Positions 54,545 through 64,000 are shown, numbered from the stretch's first letter. The stretch: 64,000 nucleotides of DNA from an uncultured Enterobacteriaceae bacterium (GCA_964560875.1 CAZLMW010000014.1:22864-86863), one strand, 5' to 3'. Notes: generated from the sequence alone by a model not told the origin. Numbers and translations: made by a program.

Positions 54545-54574
54545 CTTGACGCATCAAAAATCCTTTCCCTATGA
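54545..54574 (+). promoter_or_regulatory. sigma-70-like promoter: TTGACG-N18-TATGAT, ~160 nt upstream of the Cys-rich lipoprotein gene
   Basis: cTTGACGcatcaaaaatcctttcccTATGATgcg, in a locally AT-richer intergenic stretch after panC. Confidence 0.45.
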
Positions 54575-54738
54575 TGCGCGCGCTTTTCGGCTCAGGGGCC
54601 GACTTGACCCGGCCGAACGAACGAAGAAGCGTCGGAAAATAAAGGAAAAATCACGCGGTCACCGAAAGTACGAGTCCCATCTCGTGCCGCTGTGCCCCAC
54701 CAAAGCGACGCCTCGCCGTCCTGCTTGGAGACCTCAAC

Positions 54739-57282
54739 ATGAACCAACTGCGCACGATCCTTGCCATCGTTGCCTGCGCCGCGTTTGTCGTTGCCTGCGG
54801 CAGCGACGGCACCGGTACAGGCGGTGGCACATCCTCAGGCGGAACCTCTTCGGGCGGCGTCGATGCCGGCACCGACGCGGGCGCAAGCTCCAGTTCTGGC
54901 GGCTCTTCCAGCAGCGGCTCGGACGCCGCTTCGGGCACCGACGCGGGCGCAAGCTCCAGCTCCGGCGGCAGCTCCAGCTCCGGCGGCGGCATCTGCGACT
55001 GCAAGGTCCAGAAGGCGCAGTGCGGCTTCCTCCCCGGCTGCACAAAATCGTGCGGCCCCTGCCCCGTCGGCCAGGTCTGCAAGGCCAACAAGTGCGAGAA
55101 AGGCACCTCGGTCAAGCTCAAGAAGTTTGGCGAGTGGTGCGGTCCCAACAAGGACTGCCGCCCGCCCGTGCGCCTGCAGGCTGATGACGACAACCAGTGG
55201 GACACCAAGCTGCAGACCTACCGCCAGTGCCTCAACAGCCAGTGCGAGACCAACCTTTGCGCGGGCAACGTCTGCATGAAGGACTGCCAGTACACGGTCG
55301 ACAAGGTCATCAACCACTCGGGCGACGCCGGCAAGGACGGCATCGAAGACCCGGGCGTCGACTCGGCGTGCAACGACGCGGAAAACGGCCCCAAGGGCGA
55401 CAAGTGGCGCTGCGTCGAGCTCCGCAGCGAGCAGCAGGTGACCCAGCAGGGTTCCTTCGCGCGTTGCTTCCCCGGCACCGGCTTCAAGCCCTGCAAGAAC
55501 ACCGCGGATTGCCCCACCGGCGAGTCCTGCCAGTTCAGCCTCTTCTACGGCACCTACCAGTCGCGCTGCATGGGCGCCAAGAAGCAGCCCGACGGCAAGC
55601 CCGGCGGCAAGGCCGGCACGCGCTGCAACGACGACCCGCTCAAGGAAGAGGTCAACGTCTGCCAGTCCGATCTCTGCTTCGGCATCGGCTGCATCGACTT
55701 CTGCAAGACCAACGCCGACTGCAACACCGCGGCCAAGGGCGCCTGCAAAGCCGGCAAGTGCGACAACGGCAGCGCCTGCAAGACCGACACCGATTGCTCG
55801 GCGTGGTCGTGCCAGCCCCGTTCGCTCACCAGCCAGAGCACCGAGAAGTTCAACGTCTGCTGGCCCAAGAACTGCGAGCTCAACGGCGACTGCCCCGGCG
55901 GCAACTTCTACTGCCGCTACTACTACAACGGCGTGAAGAACAAGGACGGCGACCCGGACCCGAACGACAAGACCAAGGTCATCAAGCCGGGCTGGGATCC
56001 GATCTGCCTCGCCAAGATCAAGGACGGCGCCAAGCCGGGTGAGAAGTGCGACTCGTACACCACCGATGACGACACCAAGTACAAGCAGTGCGAGACCCCC
56101 AACCAGTGCTCGGGTGGCTACTGCGGCAACATGTGCAAGGCCGACAAGGACTGCCCCAAGAACATGAAGTGCGGCACGCTCCACTTCGGCATCGACCTGA
56201 CGACGCCCGAAGACAACGTCGACGACATCTACCTGAAGTACGGCAGCTGCCAGGCGATGCCCGGCTACGACGGTGAGTGCCTCAACGGCAAGAAGTGCAA
56301 GGCCGGCAAGGTCTGCAAGTACTGGGCGCACGCGATCGACCAGTCCAAGCAGGCGACCCCGACCGACTTCAAGTACACGGGCGCTGGCGCGTGCATCGAC
56401 GACGACGCCGAGCACGGCAAAGCGGGCGAGCTCTGCGGCGCTGGTTCGACCGGTAAGAAGCTCTGCAAGAGCGGCTTCTGCCTCGGTCAGCAGACCCAGT
56501 GGTGCAGCCAGATTTGTGGCAGCAAGGCCGATTGCCCGGCGCTCGTCACCATCGGCAGCTTCGGCCAGTACAAGATGGCTTGCCGTTCGCTGACCTACAC
56601 CGCCAACAACACCGGTGACCCGCGCGACGCCATCCACGTGCCGCTGTGCCTGCCCTTCAACGAGCAGACCAACCCGCTCACCGACTGCAGCAAGACCAAG
56701 AAGTGCGGCGCCAACCAGACCTGCTGGGCGTTCTCGATCGCCACCGGTCCGGACAAGCCCGCCAACGTCGAGTACCTGTGCATCAGCAACCAGAACTCGC
56801 CGACGCAGCAGGGTCAGAACCCGCCGCAGCCCACCAAGGACATCGGCGCCGAGTGCGACGTCGAAGCCCAGTTCCAGGAGTGCAAGTCGCGCCTCTGCCT
56901 GCCCAGCAACAAGGCCGGCAAAGGCTACTGCTCGGCGCTCTGCAACGAGGACAAGGACTGCGGCACGGGCATGTTCTGCGACATGAACCAGACCGGCTTC
57001 CTCGGCACCCCGCGTAAGATCGACGCCAACGCCGGCAAGGTCCCGATGTGCCGCAAGAAGCTGTCCTGCAGCACCTGCGCGTACGACTGGCACTGCCCGT
57101 CGACGTACCAGTGCACCAACGTCGGCGGCGCCGGCGGTTCGCTCGCCAAGCAGCGCTGCGCTCCGTCCTGCAAGGTCGACGCCGACTGCGGCAAGACCGA
57201 CGGCGGCAGCAAGTGCACCGACGCGATCGACTACGAAGGCAAGAAGCTGGGCCACAAGGTCTGCACGCCTTCCTGCAGCTAG
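54739..57282 (+). CDS. secreted cysteine-rich lipoprotein (847 aa, ~90 Cys; modules differ from CTDC)
   Basis: MNQLRTILAIVACAAFVVACGS has a lipobox. A Gly/Ser/Thr-rich linker is followed by many 'C..G.C...C' modules (CDCKVQKAQCGF..., CQFSLFYGTYQSRCMG..., CSTCAYDWHCPSTYQCT...). Confidence 0.8.
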   Translation: MNQLRTILAIVACAAFVVACGSDGTGTGGGTSSGGTSSGGVDAGTDAGASSSSGGSSSSGSDAASGTDAGASSSSGGSSSSGGGICDCKVQKAQCGFLPGCTKSCGPCPVGQVCKANKCEKGTSVKLKKFGEWCGPNKDCRPPVRLQADDDNQWDTKLQTYRQCLNSQCETNLCAGNVCMKDCQYTVDKVINHSGDAGKDGIEDPGVDSACNDAENGPKGDKWRCVELRSEQQVTQQGSFARCFPGTGFKPCKNTADCPTGESCQFSLFYGTYQSRCMGAKKQPDGKPGGKAGTRCNDDPLKEEVNVCQSDLCFGIGCIDFCKTNADCNTAAKGACKAGKCDNGSACKTDTDCSAWSCQPRSLTSQSTEKFNVCWPKNCELNGDCPGGNFYCRYYYNGVKNKDGDPDPNDKTKVIKPGWDPICLAKIKDGAKPGEKCDSYTTDDDTKYKQCETPNQCSGGYCGNMCKADKDCPKNMKCGTLHFGIDLTTPEDNVDDIYLKYGSCQAMPGYDGECLNGKKCKAGKVCKYWAHAIDQSKQATPTDFKYTGAGACIDDDAEHGKAGELCGAGSTGKKLCKSGFCLGQQTQWCSQICGSKADCPALVTIGSFGQYKMACRSLTYTANNTGDPRDAIHVPLCLPFNEQTNPLTDCSKTKKCGANQTCWAFSIATGPDKPANVEYLCISNQNSPTQQGQNPPQPTKDIGAECDVEAQFQECKSRLCLPSNKAGKGYCSALCNEDKDCGTGMFCDMNQTGFLGTPRKIDANAGKVPMCRKKLSCSTCAYDWHCPSTYQCTNVGGAGGSLAKQRCAPSCKVDADCGKTDGGSKCTDAIDYEGKKLGHKVCTPSCS

Positions 57283-57305
57283 TAGCTGAGTAGACTCAAA
57301 CATGG

Positions 57306-57343
57306 CGCCCCGGTCGGAGACGGCCGGGGCGTCGTGCTTTTTG
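57306..57343 (+). terminator. rho-independent terminator after the 54739 gene
   Basis: gccccggtc-ggagac-gaccggggc hairpin (9 bp with one G.U), followed by gtcgtgcTTTTT. Confidence 0.7.
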
Positions 57344-57598
57344 ATCCGTGTGACCAGGTTCCGATCTATTCCCGGCCAACACAGCGCGGGTCTTTGCAGA
57401 TGTACACGTTGAGGCGGTGATCCTCGGCCGGCGGGGCGGGCAACCCAATAACGATCCCGGGTGGCTCTCGGGCCGAAAACTCCGCGCTGCAACAGATCCT
57501 GTCCGCCCACGAACGGGTCAGCCTGCTGCGCATCCGCGTACGGCGCTGCGGTACTCAGCCCGACGTCAAGCGCACCGCCGGCTGAACGGTGCCGCGGT

Positions 57599-58723
57599 TC
57601 AAGCGAGCCACCTGGACTCGCCGTCGACCGCGCCGAGCTTGATCGCGTCGTACCCGAACTGCTCGCGCACCTTGTCGATCGCGCTGCCGATGCGCGGGCG
57701 GTTGCGACCGTCGAACGGCAAGTTGAGCTGGCGATTGGCCGAGACGAGGTTGGACAGCGCCACGCCCAGCAAGCGAATCGGCACGTCGCGGGTGTGGGCC
57801 TTCTCGTAGAGCGCGGTGATGCACCGCATGACTTCCTTTTCGGCGTCGGTGGCCGGAATCGTCCGCGCCCGCGTCAGGGTCTGGAAGTCGGCGTAGCGCA
57901 GCTTCAAGGTGATGGTGCGCGCGTGCACCTTGCGCCGCCGGACGCGCCAGCACACCCGCTCGCACAGGGACCGAAGCTGATCGCGTACACGCCGATCGTC
58001 GCCGACGTCGGACATGAACGTACGTTCGTTGGAGATGCTGCCGATCGCGACGCCCTCCAGGTCGTGCTCCCGAAAAGCGGGTCGCTCCCCCGACCAGGTC
58101 TGCATTTGATCGGCCGCGACGACCCGACGGACCCGTTCGGCCAGCCCCGTGAACTGCCGCGCTCGGCGGGTCTGCACCAGGCCGATGAGCTCGCCGAGGG
58201 TATGAATGCCCGCAGCGTGCAGACGGCCTTCCGCGACCGGGCCGATGCCGGGGAACTTGCGAACGGGCAGCGGTTGCAGAAAACGGCGCTCGTGACCCGC
58301 CAAGACCATCACGCAGCCATCGGGTTTGGCGCGCCCGCTCGCGATCTTGGCGATCGTGCGGCTGGTGCCGATCCCAGCGCTGGCAGGCAGCCCGACCTCG
58401 TCGCGAATCGCCGCCCGAATCTCTTCAACCACGCGGCGAATGGTCGCGTCGCCGTCCACGTCGCTGGGCTTGCGGTACAAGCGCTCGCACCCCGCGAAAT
58501 CCACGAAGTACTCGTCGATGCTGGCCGCTCGAACCGTCGGCGAGTAGCGGCGCAAGATCTCGCCGGCCCGCTTGGAATAGGGGCTGTACGTGCCACAGGT
58601 ATCAAAATGACGTGTCGACGGTGAAAAACCCGCGGCGATCGTCGTTAGTACGGACGAATGCACACCGAGTGAGTAGACTGGCGCTCCCTTCCCGAGCACC
58701 CCCACATGGAGTCCCGCGATCAT
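57599..58723 (-). CDS. dinB: Y-family DNA polymerase IV (DinB)-like protein apparently lacking the N-terminal catalytic 'hvDmD' segment (start ATG 58723 or 58744)
   Basis: 'RHFDTCGTYSPYSKRAGEILRRYSPTVRAASIDEYFVDFAG' matches the DinB palm, including the SIDE catalytic pair. 'GLPASAGIGTSRTIAKIASGRAKPDG', 'FPGIGPVAEGRLHAAGIHTLGEL' and the little-finger domain follow. No reading frame upstream encodes the usual MRKIxHVDMDxFFAxVE. Confidence 0.65.
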   Translation of the reverse strand: MIAGLHVGVLGKGAPVYSLGVHSSVLTTIAAGFSPSTRHFDTCGTYSPYSKRAGEILRRYSPTVRAASIDEYFVDFAGCERLYRKPSDVDGDATIRRVVEEIRAAIRDEVGLPASAGIGTSRTIAKIASGRAKPDGCVMVLAGHERRFLQPLPVRKFPGIGPVAEGRLHAAGIHTLGELIGLVQTRRARQFTGLAERVRRVVAADQMQTWSGERPAFREHDLEGVAIGSISNERTFMSDVGDDRRVRDQLRSLCERVCWRVRRRKVHARTITLKLRYADFQTLTRARTIPATDAEKEVMRCITALYEKAHTRDVPIRLLGVALSNLVSANRQLNLPFDGRNRPRIGSAIDKVREQFGYDAIKLGAVDGESRWLA

Positions 58724-59543
58724 GGTGAGTTCGACTCTTCGCATCGACCCAAACGAAGCATCCAAGGTGCTGGCCGCTCTCAACCGCCACGTGATGATCG
58801 TCGGCGCGTCCCGCGGTATCGGCGAGGCGCTGGCCCGACGTATGGCCGGCATCGACGGCGTGCGCCCGACGCTGGCGTCGCGGTCGTACAACAAGCTCAG
58901 CGGCTTGAAGATGGAGCTCGACAATCCGCTGGTGCAGACCACGACGTGCGATCTGCGCGACGATGACAGCATCGACGACGCGATCGCCGCCACGGTCGAC
59001 CTCAACGGGCCGCCGACCGGGCTGGTGATCACCGCTGGTACCCACAAGCCCACGCCGCTGGATGACTTGTCACGGCGCGGGCGCGAGCGTTTCGACGAGG
59101 TGATGCGCGTCAACCTCACCGGCCCGTTCTTTCTCGCCCAGAAGATCGCTGACCACATGACGCGCGGCGGTTCGATCGTGTTTGTCGGCAACAGCCGCGC
59201 CCATTCCGGGATGCCGGGACGACACGCTCATGCAGCGGCCAAACACGGCCTCGAGGCGCTGGTTCGTGGCATGGCCAGGGAGCTCGGACCGCAGGGCATC
59301 CGGGTGAACATGCTGCTGCCCGACGGGATCGAGACGCCGCTGGGTGACTCGCTGCTCAACGAACGGGCGCATCGCAGCGGGCAGCCGATCGAGCGGATCC
59401 GCAAGCGCATGAAGGCGACCCACGCGTTGCGCCGCTTCGTCAAGGCCGACGAGGTCGTGGACGTGATGCAGTTTCTGCTCGGCTACGAGAGCGTGGCGAT
59501 CACCGGGCAGTCGATCGATGTCTCGTGCGGGGTGATTCGCTGA
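58722..59543 (+). CDS. SDR-family oxidoreductase (start ATG 58722 or GTG 58768)
   Basis: 'VMIVGASRGIGEALARRMAG' is the TGxxxGxG NAD(P) motif. 'NSRAHSG...HAHAAAKHG' is the YxxxK catalytic motif (with His substitution). Confidence 0.8.
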   Translation: MVSSTLRIDPNEASKVLAALNRHVMIVGASRGIGEALARRMAGIDGVRPTLASRSYNKLSGLKMELDNPLVQTTTCDLRDDDSIDDAIAATVDLNGPPTGLVITAGTHKPTPLDDLSRRGRERFDEVMRVNLTGPFFLAQKIADHMTRGGSIVFVGNSRAHSGMPGRHAHAAAKHGLEALVRGMARELGPQGIRVNMLLPDGIETPLGDSLLNERAHRSGQPIERIRKRMKATHALRRFVKADEVVDVMQFLLGYESVAITGQSIDVSCGVIR

Positions 59544-59570
59544 CAGACCGAACGCGTCCGACGGCGTCGC

Positions 59571-60701
59571 TCAGGCGTCGAGAAGCGCGCGAACACGGTC
59601 GGCGATCGCGAGGCTCGCGGTCAGGCCGGGGCTTTCGATTCCGAGCAGGTTGACCCAGCCAGGGCGGTCGCGGGCAGCTTCCTCGGCGATGTGGAAGTCG
59701 GCGAAGCGATCGGTGGCGAGCTTGGGGCGAAAGCCGCTGTAGTCCGGTGTCAGGGCGTCGTCGGGGAGCGCGGGCAGGAAGTGCCGGGCGGCCTTGAGGA
59801 ACGCTGCTGCGCGGCTTGTGTCGACGGTGTGGTTGTCGGCGTCGGCGTCGAGCTGCACGTCGGGCCCGAGGCGTCCGCGGCCGGCGAGATCGATGGTGAG
59901 ATGTGTGCCAAGGCCCACGAGGTTGGGGCGCGGGACGGGGTAGACGAGGGTGTCGGCGGGCGCGGGGCCGGCGATGCTGAAGTAGTTGCCCTTGACCGCG
60001 ATCTGGCGAGGCGTCTGCAGCCCGATGAGCGACGCGACGTGGTTGGCGCCATGGCCGGCGGCGTTGATGACACAATCGAACGCGTGGGTTTCGGTCCCGT
60101 GGCCGTCGACAGCCAGCTCTACCTCGTAGCCGCCGGTTGAACGCGACGCAGCTATCACGCGGTGACCGACGAGGACGAGCGCGCCATGTGCCTCGGCCCG
60201 AACCCGCAGCCGATGCATGAAGGCGTGGCCGTCGACGATGCCGGTGCCCGCGCTCCACAAGGCCTCAACGGCGCGCACAGCGGGCGCGCGATCGTGCACC
60301 TGGCTGGCGGTCCATCGCTGCAGGGGGACGGCCGGTCCGGCGGCGGCGGCGCGGGTTTCGATGGTGTCGAGGGCGCCGCGTTCTTCATCGGTACACGCGA
60401 CGATGAGCTTGCCGCACAGGCGGTAGGGCACGTTTTCGCGTTCACAGAAAGCGACGAGGCGCGCGCGGCCTTCGATGCAAAGGCGCGTCTTCAGCGAATC
60501 GACCGGGTAGTAGATGCCGGCGTGGATCACCTCGGAGTTGCGCGACGATGTCTCGCTACCCAGCAACCCGTTCCGCTCGACCACTACCACGTCGTGTCCA
60601 CGCGCCGCGAGCATGTGTGCGCAGGCAAGACCGACGACTCCGCCGCCGATGACGAGGATGGAACGGGGTTGAGTCACACGAACTCCACACAAGCGGCGCA
60701 T
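59571..60701 (-). CDS. FAD-dependent oxidoreductase (L-2-hydroxyglutarate oxidase/LhgO-like, DAO family)
   Basis: Internal ATG 60701: MRRLCGVRVTQPRSILVIGGGVVGLACAHML... has GxGxxG. 'HAGIYYP' and the C-terminal 'GLTASLAIADRV' are DAO-family features. Confidence 0.7.
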   Translation of the reverse strand: MRRLCGVRVTQPRSILVIGGGVVGLACAHMLAARGHDVVVVERNGLLGSETSSRNSEVIHAGIYYPVDSLKTRLCIEGRARLVAFCERENVPYRLCGKLIVACTDEERGALDTIETRAAAAGPAVPLQRWTASQVHDRAPAVRAVEALWSAGTGIVDGHAFMHRLRVRAEAHGALVLVGHRVIAASRSTGGYEVELAVDGHGTETHAFDCVINAAGHGANHVASLIGLQTPRQIAVKGNYFSIAGPAPADTLVYPVPRPNLVGLGTHLTIDLAGRGRLGPDVQLDADADNHTVDTSRAAAFLKAARHFLPALPDDALTPDYSGFRPKLATDRFADFHIAEEAARDRPGWVNLLGIESPGLTASLAIADRVRALLDA

Positions 60702-60923
60702 CGGACCACTGGTCGTCGCGGAGGGCAAGGGCGACGCGGCGGCGCGATTTGGGGCAGAAAGCGTGAATTCGACGTGTTGTGGAGGCCATTTTGGGACCGA
60801 TATGGCCCTGTAGTCGTTGTAGAAGCCCCAGGAGCGGTTTTGGTAGGGGGGAGCTATATCAATAGCTCTCCGCCTTGATCGGCCCGTAGAACGAGCCACG
60901 TGACAGTCCGGGATCCACACGCC

Positions 60924-61680
60924 CTAAAAGAAATAGGTGAACACGGCGCCGGCGGTTGTCGGCGCAATGTGCCAGCGAGCAGTGGACTTGTCGGGATCTC
61001 GCAGCAGCAGCCAGGTGCCGACGCCGACGCCCACAAGCCCGACTCCCCCGATCGCCCACGACAGTCGAATCCGGTTGTTGGCGTCTTCGCGGTCCGCGGA
61101 GGCTTGGTTGAAGCTGTAGGCGGGGTTGGGGTTGGCGCGCGTATACCCCTTGAGCTTGTCATCGATGTCTGTGTTGTCCGTGGCCGCGATGCCGAAGACG
61201 GCCCCGGCGGCGACGATGGCTGCGGCGCCAACAACGAGGGCGCCGACTCCGAGCGGGCTGACCGATGAGCCCTTCTTGGCCTTACCGGGCGTGACGATGA
61301 GGCTCTTGGATGCCTGGTCGGTGGCCAAGGAGCGGCGCGCGTCGGCGAGGTGACCGCGCGCCTTGCTCGCGTGTGGCGAGTTGCCATCGATGTTGCCGAG
61401 CAGCTGCTCATACAGGTTGATGGCCGCCCGGTAGCGTTCCGCTTTGTGCTCGGATCGAGCGGCGCCGTAGAGGTATTCGGGATGCTGTGGGTCGAGCCTG
61501 TAGCACCGCTTGTAGAGCTCGGTCGCGATGCTCCACTTGCCCTGCTTGTAGAACTCGAGCGCCTGCTTGGCGACCACGGTTGCTTCGCGGGCGCGGCGAC
61601 CCGCATGGGCCGGCGAGGCGACCAGCCCGATGGCGACGATGAGCGCCGCAAGCGAGCCAAATCGAATCAGCTTACTCGGG
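60924..61680 (-). CDS. secreted TPR-like/two-TM protein, paralog of 32062..33087 (start codon not resolved)
   Basis: '...LIRFGSLAALIVAIGLVASPAHA' looks like a signal peptide. 'AKQALEFYKQGKWSIATELYKRCYRLDP...YLYGAARSE' is the TPR-like region. The C-terminal TM helices end in ...YFF. The upstream end overlaps the kinase gene's 3' end. No ATG/GTG/TTG is evident near the signal peptide. Confidence 0.5.
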
Positions 61681-63684
61681 CAGGAAGAGACCGCCCTTGG
61701 GCTTGGTGGCTGGCGGTGGTGGCGGCGGTGGGGCCCGGCGGCGAACAGGGCGGCGAACGGCCCGGCGGGGCGAGCGACGTCGGCGCCGCGGCTTGCGGGC
61801 CTTGCGGCGGGCAACTGCGGGCGTGCGGGCGGCTGGTTGGCTGACATCTTCCGTCGCACCGGCATCCTCGTCACGTGCAGGCACAGTCGGCGTCTTCGGG
61901 CCGGCATCGACCGCTTGTGGCGCGCTGGCGGCCGCGGCGGGCTCTCCGAGTGAGGGCTGTGGTTGTTCAGCCTTCGCGTCGGACTTGCCGGGCGACGATA
62001 CCCCGACTGTGGGACGCGCGCCAATCGGCGCGGGATTGGCTGCTGGCTCCGTTTGGCCGCCGCTCAACGCAAGGCCAATCCCCGCGGCCGCGCACAACGC
62101 GCCGAGCCCGATCATCAACGCGCGCGAACCTTCGCGCCGCCGCCTGGCCGGGGCCGCAGCGGCCTCATCGCGGTGCCGATCGGTCTTCGCGTGCTCAGCT
62201 GACCGCTGGCCGCCGGGTTGATCGAGCTCGTCACTCTGCAGCGGGGTCGGAGCGTTTTCAGCGGCATCGACGTTGGCGCCGAGCGAAAAGCCTGGCGTCG
62301 TGGCTCCGACGTCGTCGTGATCGGCATGTGTCGTCACGACTTTGTCGGTCGTCAGCGGACCTTTGGTCGGTGTGACGGGGGCATCGGTCGCGTTCTCACG
62401 CACAGTCGGCGAGTTTCGCGCAGGCTCCGCGGTCTCGGATTCGATCCGGCCGACGCGGGCAACGCCGTCGATCGATGCTTCCGGTGGCGCCATGCCTCGC
62501 CGCATCCATGCGCGGCTCTCGGCGCGATCGTCGGTCGGCTCGGTCTCCGTCAACGCGCTGACCTCGCCGCGACGCGCAAACATCGACGACGGCCGTGGCG
62601 GGCGCGGCTTTGGGGCGACGGGCAGCGGCGCGCTGGCGGACCTTCGCAGCTCCTCTTCGTATTCTTGGACGGCTTCCTTGACCGACTCGTAGCGCGCCGT
62701 CCGCAGGCCACCATCTTTGGGTCGCAGTTCGGCGAGGGCGCGGCGCAGCTGGCGGGCGTTCTTCGAGCGCGCGTCGGGGTCCTTGCTGAGGTTGCGCATC
62801 ACGAGATCGGCGAATCGATCGGTGATGGGCTCGAGCACGTATTCGCGCAGGTCGATCGGGTCATCGCGCACCTGCATCATCATCTGCGTCAGCGGCACAT
62901 CGTGGCTGAAGACAAGCCGGCCGGTGACGCAGACGTACATCAGCGTCGCGAGGGCGTAGAGATCGCTGCGTCCGTCGAGCCGCTGCCCCATGCACTGCTC
63001 GGGGCTCATGAACGCCGGGGTGCCGACGCAGCGCCCGTCCTGGGTCAGGCCTGAGCCCTGGGACCGAACGATGCCGAAGTCGAGGACCTTGATGACCGGC
63101 TCACCGGCGACCGACGACAGCATGATATTGGCGGGTTTCAGATCGCGGTGTACCAGGCCCTTGTCGTGTGCTTCCGCGAGGCTGCCAAGGATCGCGACGC
63201 CGATATCGATCGCCTCGGGCTCGGTGAGTGTTTGACCCTTGCCCGCGAGCTTGATGAGCAGCTCTTCGAGGGTCTTGCCGTACAGCCTCTCCATCGCGAT
63301 GAAGAACGCGCCGTCCTTGGTCTGACCGATGTCAAAAACGCGCACGGTGTTGGCGTGGCGCAGGTTCGCGGTGACCTGGGCTTCACGGTAGAAACGGCGC
63401 ACGTGCTCTTCGGGCGATCCAGCCGGCGCGGGCATCAGCAGCTTGAGGGCGACAGGCTGCTTGGTCGTGACGTGTTCAGCGCCGTAGACCGCTCCGAACG
63501 CACCCTGACCGAGCACTTCCATCACGCGGTATCGGTCACCGATGATGTCGCCCGCTCGCAGCTCGACCGACGGCAGCCTGAGCGCCACGCGCGGCAGGGT
63601 AGGCGACGTGCACCCGGGGCACTGCAGCTGGTCGGAGTTCAACCCGCAAGCAGGGCAATACCGATCGTCTTGCTCCTCGCTCAA
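61672..63684 (-). CDS. Hanks-type Ser/Thr protein kinase with N-terminal zinc ribbon and Pro/Arg-rich C-terminal tail
   Basis: TTG 63684. 'CPACG...CPGC'. 'LGQGAFGAVYGAEH...ALKLL' (Gly loop, VAIK), 'VHRDLKPANIML' (HRD), 'DFG' (LDFGIV), 'APE' (SPEQ). The tail is RRKARKPRRRRRSPRRAVRRPVRRRAPPPPPPP. Confidence 0.9.
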   Translation of the reverse strand: MSEEQDDRYCPACGLNSDQLQCPGCTSPTLPRVALRLPSVELRAGDIIGDRYRVMEVLGQGAFGAVYGAEHVTTKQPVALKLLMPAPAGSPEEHVRRFYREAQVTANLRHANTVRVFDIGQTKDGAFFIAMERLYGKTLEELLIKLAGKGQTLTEPEAIDIGVAILGSLAEAHDKGLVHRDLKPANIMLSSVAGEPVIKVLDFGIVRSQGSGLTQDGRCVGTPAFMSPEQCMGQRLDGRSDLYALATLMYVCVTGRLVFSHDVPLTQMMMQVRDDPIDLREYVLEPITDRFADLVMRNLSKDPDARSKNARQLRRALAELRPKDGGLRTARYESVKEAVQEYEEELRRSASAPLPVAPKPRPPRPSSMFARRGEVSALTETEPTDDRAESRAWMRRGMAPPEASIDGVARVGRIESETAEPARNSPTVRENATDAPVTPTKGPLTTDKVVTTHADHDDVGATTPGFSLGANVDAAENAPTPLQSDELDQPGGQRSAEHAKTDRHRDEAAAAPARRRREGSRALMIGLGALCAAAGIGLALSGGQTEPAANPAPIGARPTVGVSSPGKSDAKAEQPQPSLGEPAAAASAPQAVDAGPKTPTVPARDEDAGATEDVSQPAARTPAVARRKARKPRRRRRSPRRAVRRPVRRRAPPPPPPPATKPKGGLFLPE

Positions 63685-63865
63685 CCGTCGACCTCGCGGT
63701 TTTGGCTACCTTTTGGCTCAGCTCCAAGCCGAATCATGCCGTTATCGTGCCCCACTTGGCCCGCGCCTCCAAACGGCACCGCCGTCATTGGGATTCGCGC
63801 GTCTTGGCGGCTGGTTTGAACGGGCCGGATTGCCGTATGCTCGCGCCTCCGCGAGGATCGGTGCC

Positions 63866-64000
63866 ATGACCCAGCCCCAGTTCGACATCCGCCCGGGAAC
63901 GATGCTGGCCCAGCGCTATCGGGTCGATTCGTTGCTCGGCCGCGGCTCGATGGGCGCCGTCTATCGCGGCACGCAGCTGTCGATGAAGCGGTCGGTCGCC
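63866..64000 (+). CDS. second Ser/Thr protein kinase (5' fragment, continues beyond window)
   Basis: GAGGA SD 8 nt upstream of the ATG. 'MLAQRYRVDSLLGRGSMGAVYRG' is a kinase Gly-loop. It is divergent from the 61672..63684 kinase. Confidence 0.55.
   Translation, partial: MTQPQFDIRPGTMLAQRYRVDSLLGRGSMGAVYRGTQLSMKRSVA

Noticed and set aside
54835-57510. 891-aa minus ORF, Ala/Gly/Val-rich
   Set aside because: It is antisense to the 847-aa Cys-rich lipoprotein.
1-64000. CRISPR arrays, transposases, integrases, phage genes
   Set aside because: None were found. The only tandem repeats are the hexamer microsatellites, the 15-nt minisatellite and coding repeats.

Overview
This 64-kb window is ~70% GC and looks like a Myxococcales (Sorangium/Haliangium-like) chromosomal segment. 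The minus-strand subtilase ends in a MYXO-CTERM-like anchor, two Hanks-type Ser/Thr kinases carry zinc-ribbon N-termini, several secreted lipoproteins are built from Dictyostelium-type 'CTDC' cysteine repeats, and a TamB/Omp85 pair is present. About one third of the window (five genes of 0.2–7.5 kb) encodes giant cysteine-rich extracellular lipoproteins. Between them lie housekeeping genes: dtd, panB–panC, two RluA-family pseudouridine synthases, tRNA-Pro(CGG), a beta-carbonic anhydrase, a DinB-like polymerase, an SDR, FAD oxidoreductases, an M1 aminopeptidase, an oligopeptide-type binding protein, and an HD-GYP phosphodiesterase. No transposase, integrase or CRISPR is present. Points worth a second look:
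- A lineage-specific island of paralogous 'slime-mold repeat' (CTDC) surface lipoproteins, with candidate folding (TlpA-like), export/assembly (translationally coupled TamB-like plus a 1,244-aa Omp85) and processing (S8-FG-GAP-MYXO-CTERM protease) partners nearby.
- An in-frame TGA that sits exactly on a conserved repeat cysteine of one of these genes (selenocysteine candidate versus fresh pseudogene).
- A G-quadruplex-capable (GGGTTC/GGGTTT)n hexamer microsatellite located in gene leaders at three sites.
- Several smaller oddities: an in-frame 15-nt minisatellite, an iteron-like triple repeat, a DinB lacking its N-terminal catalytic motif, and a pseudo-receiver HD-GYP.
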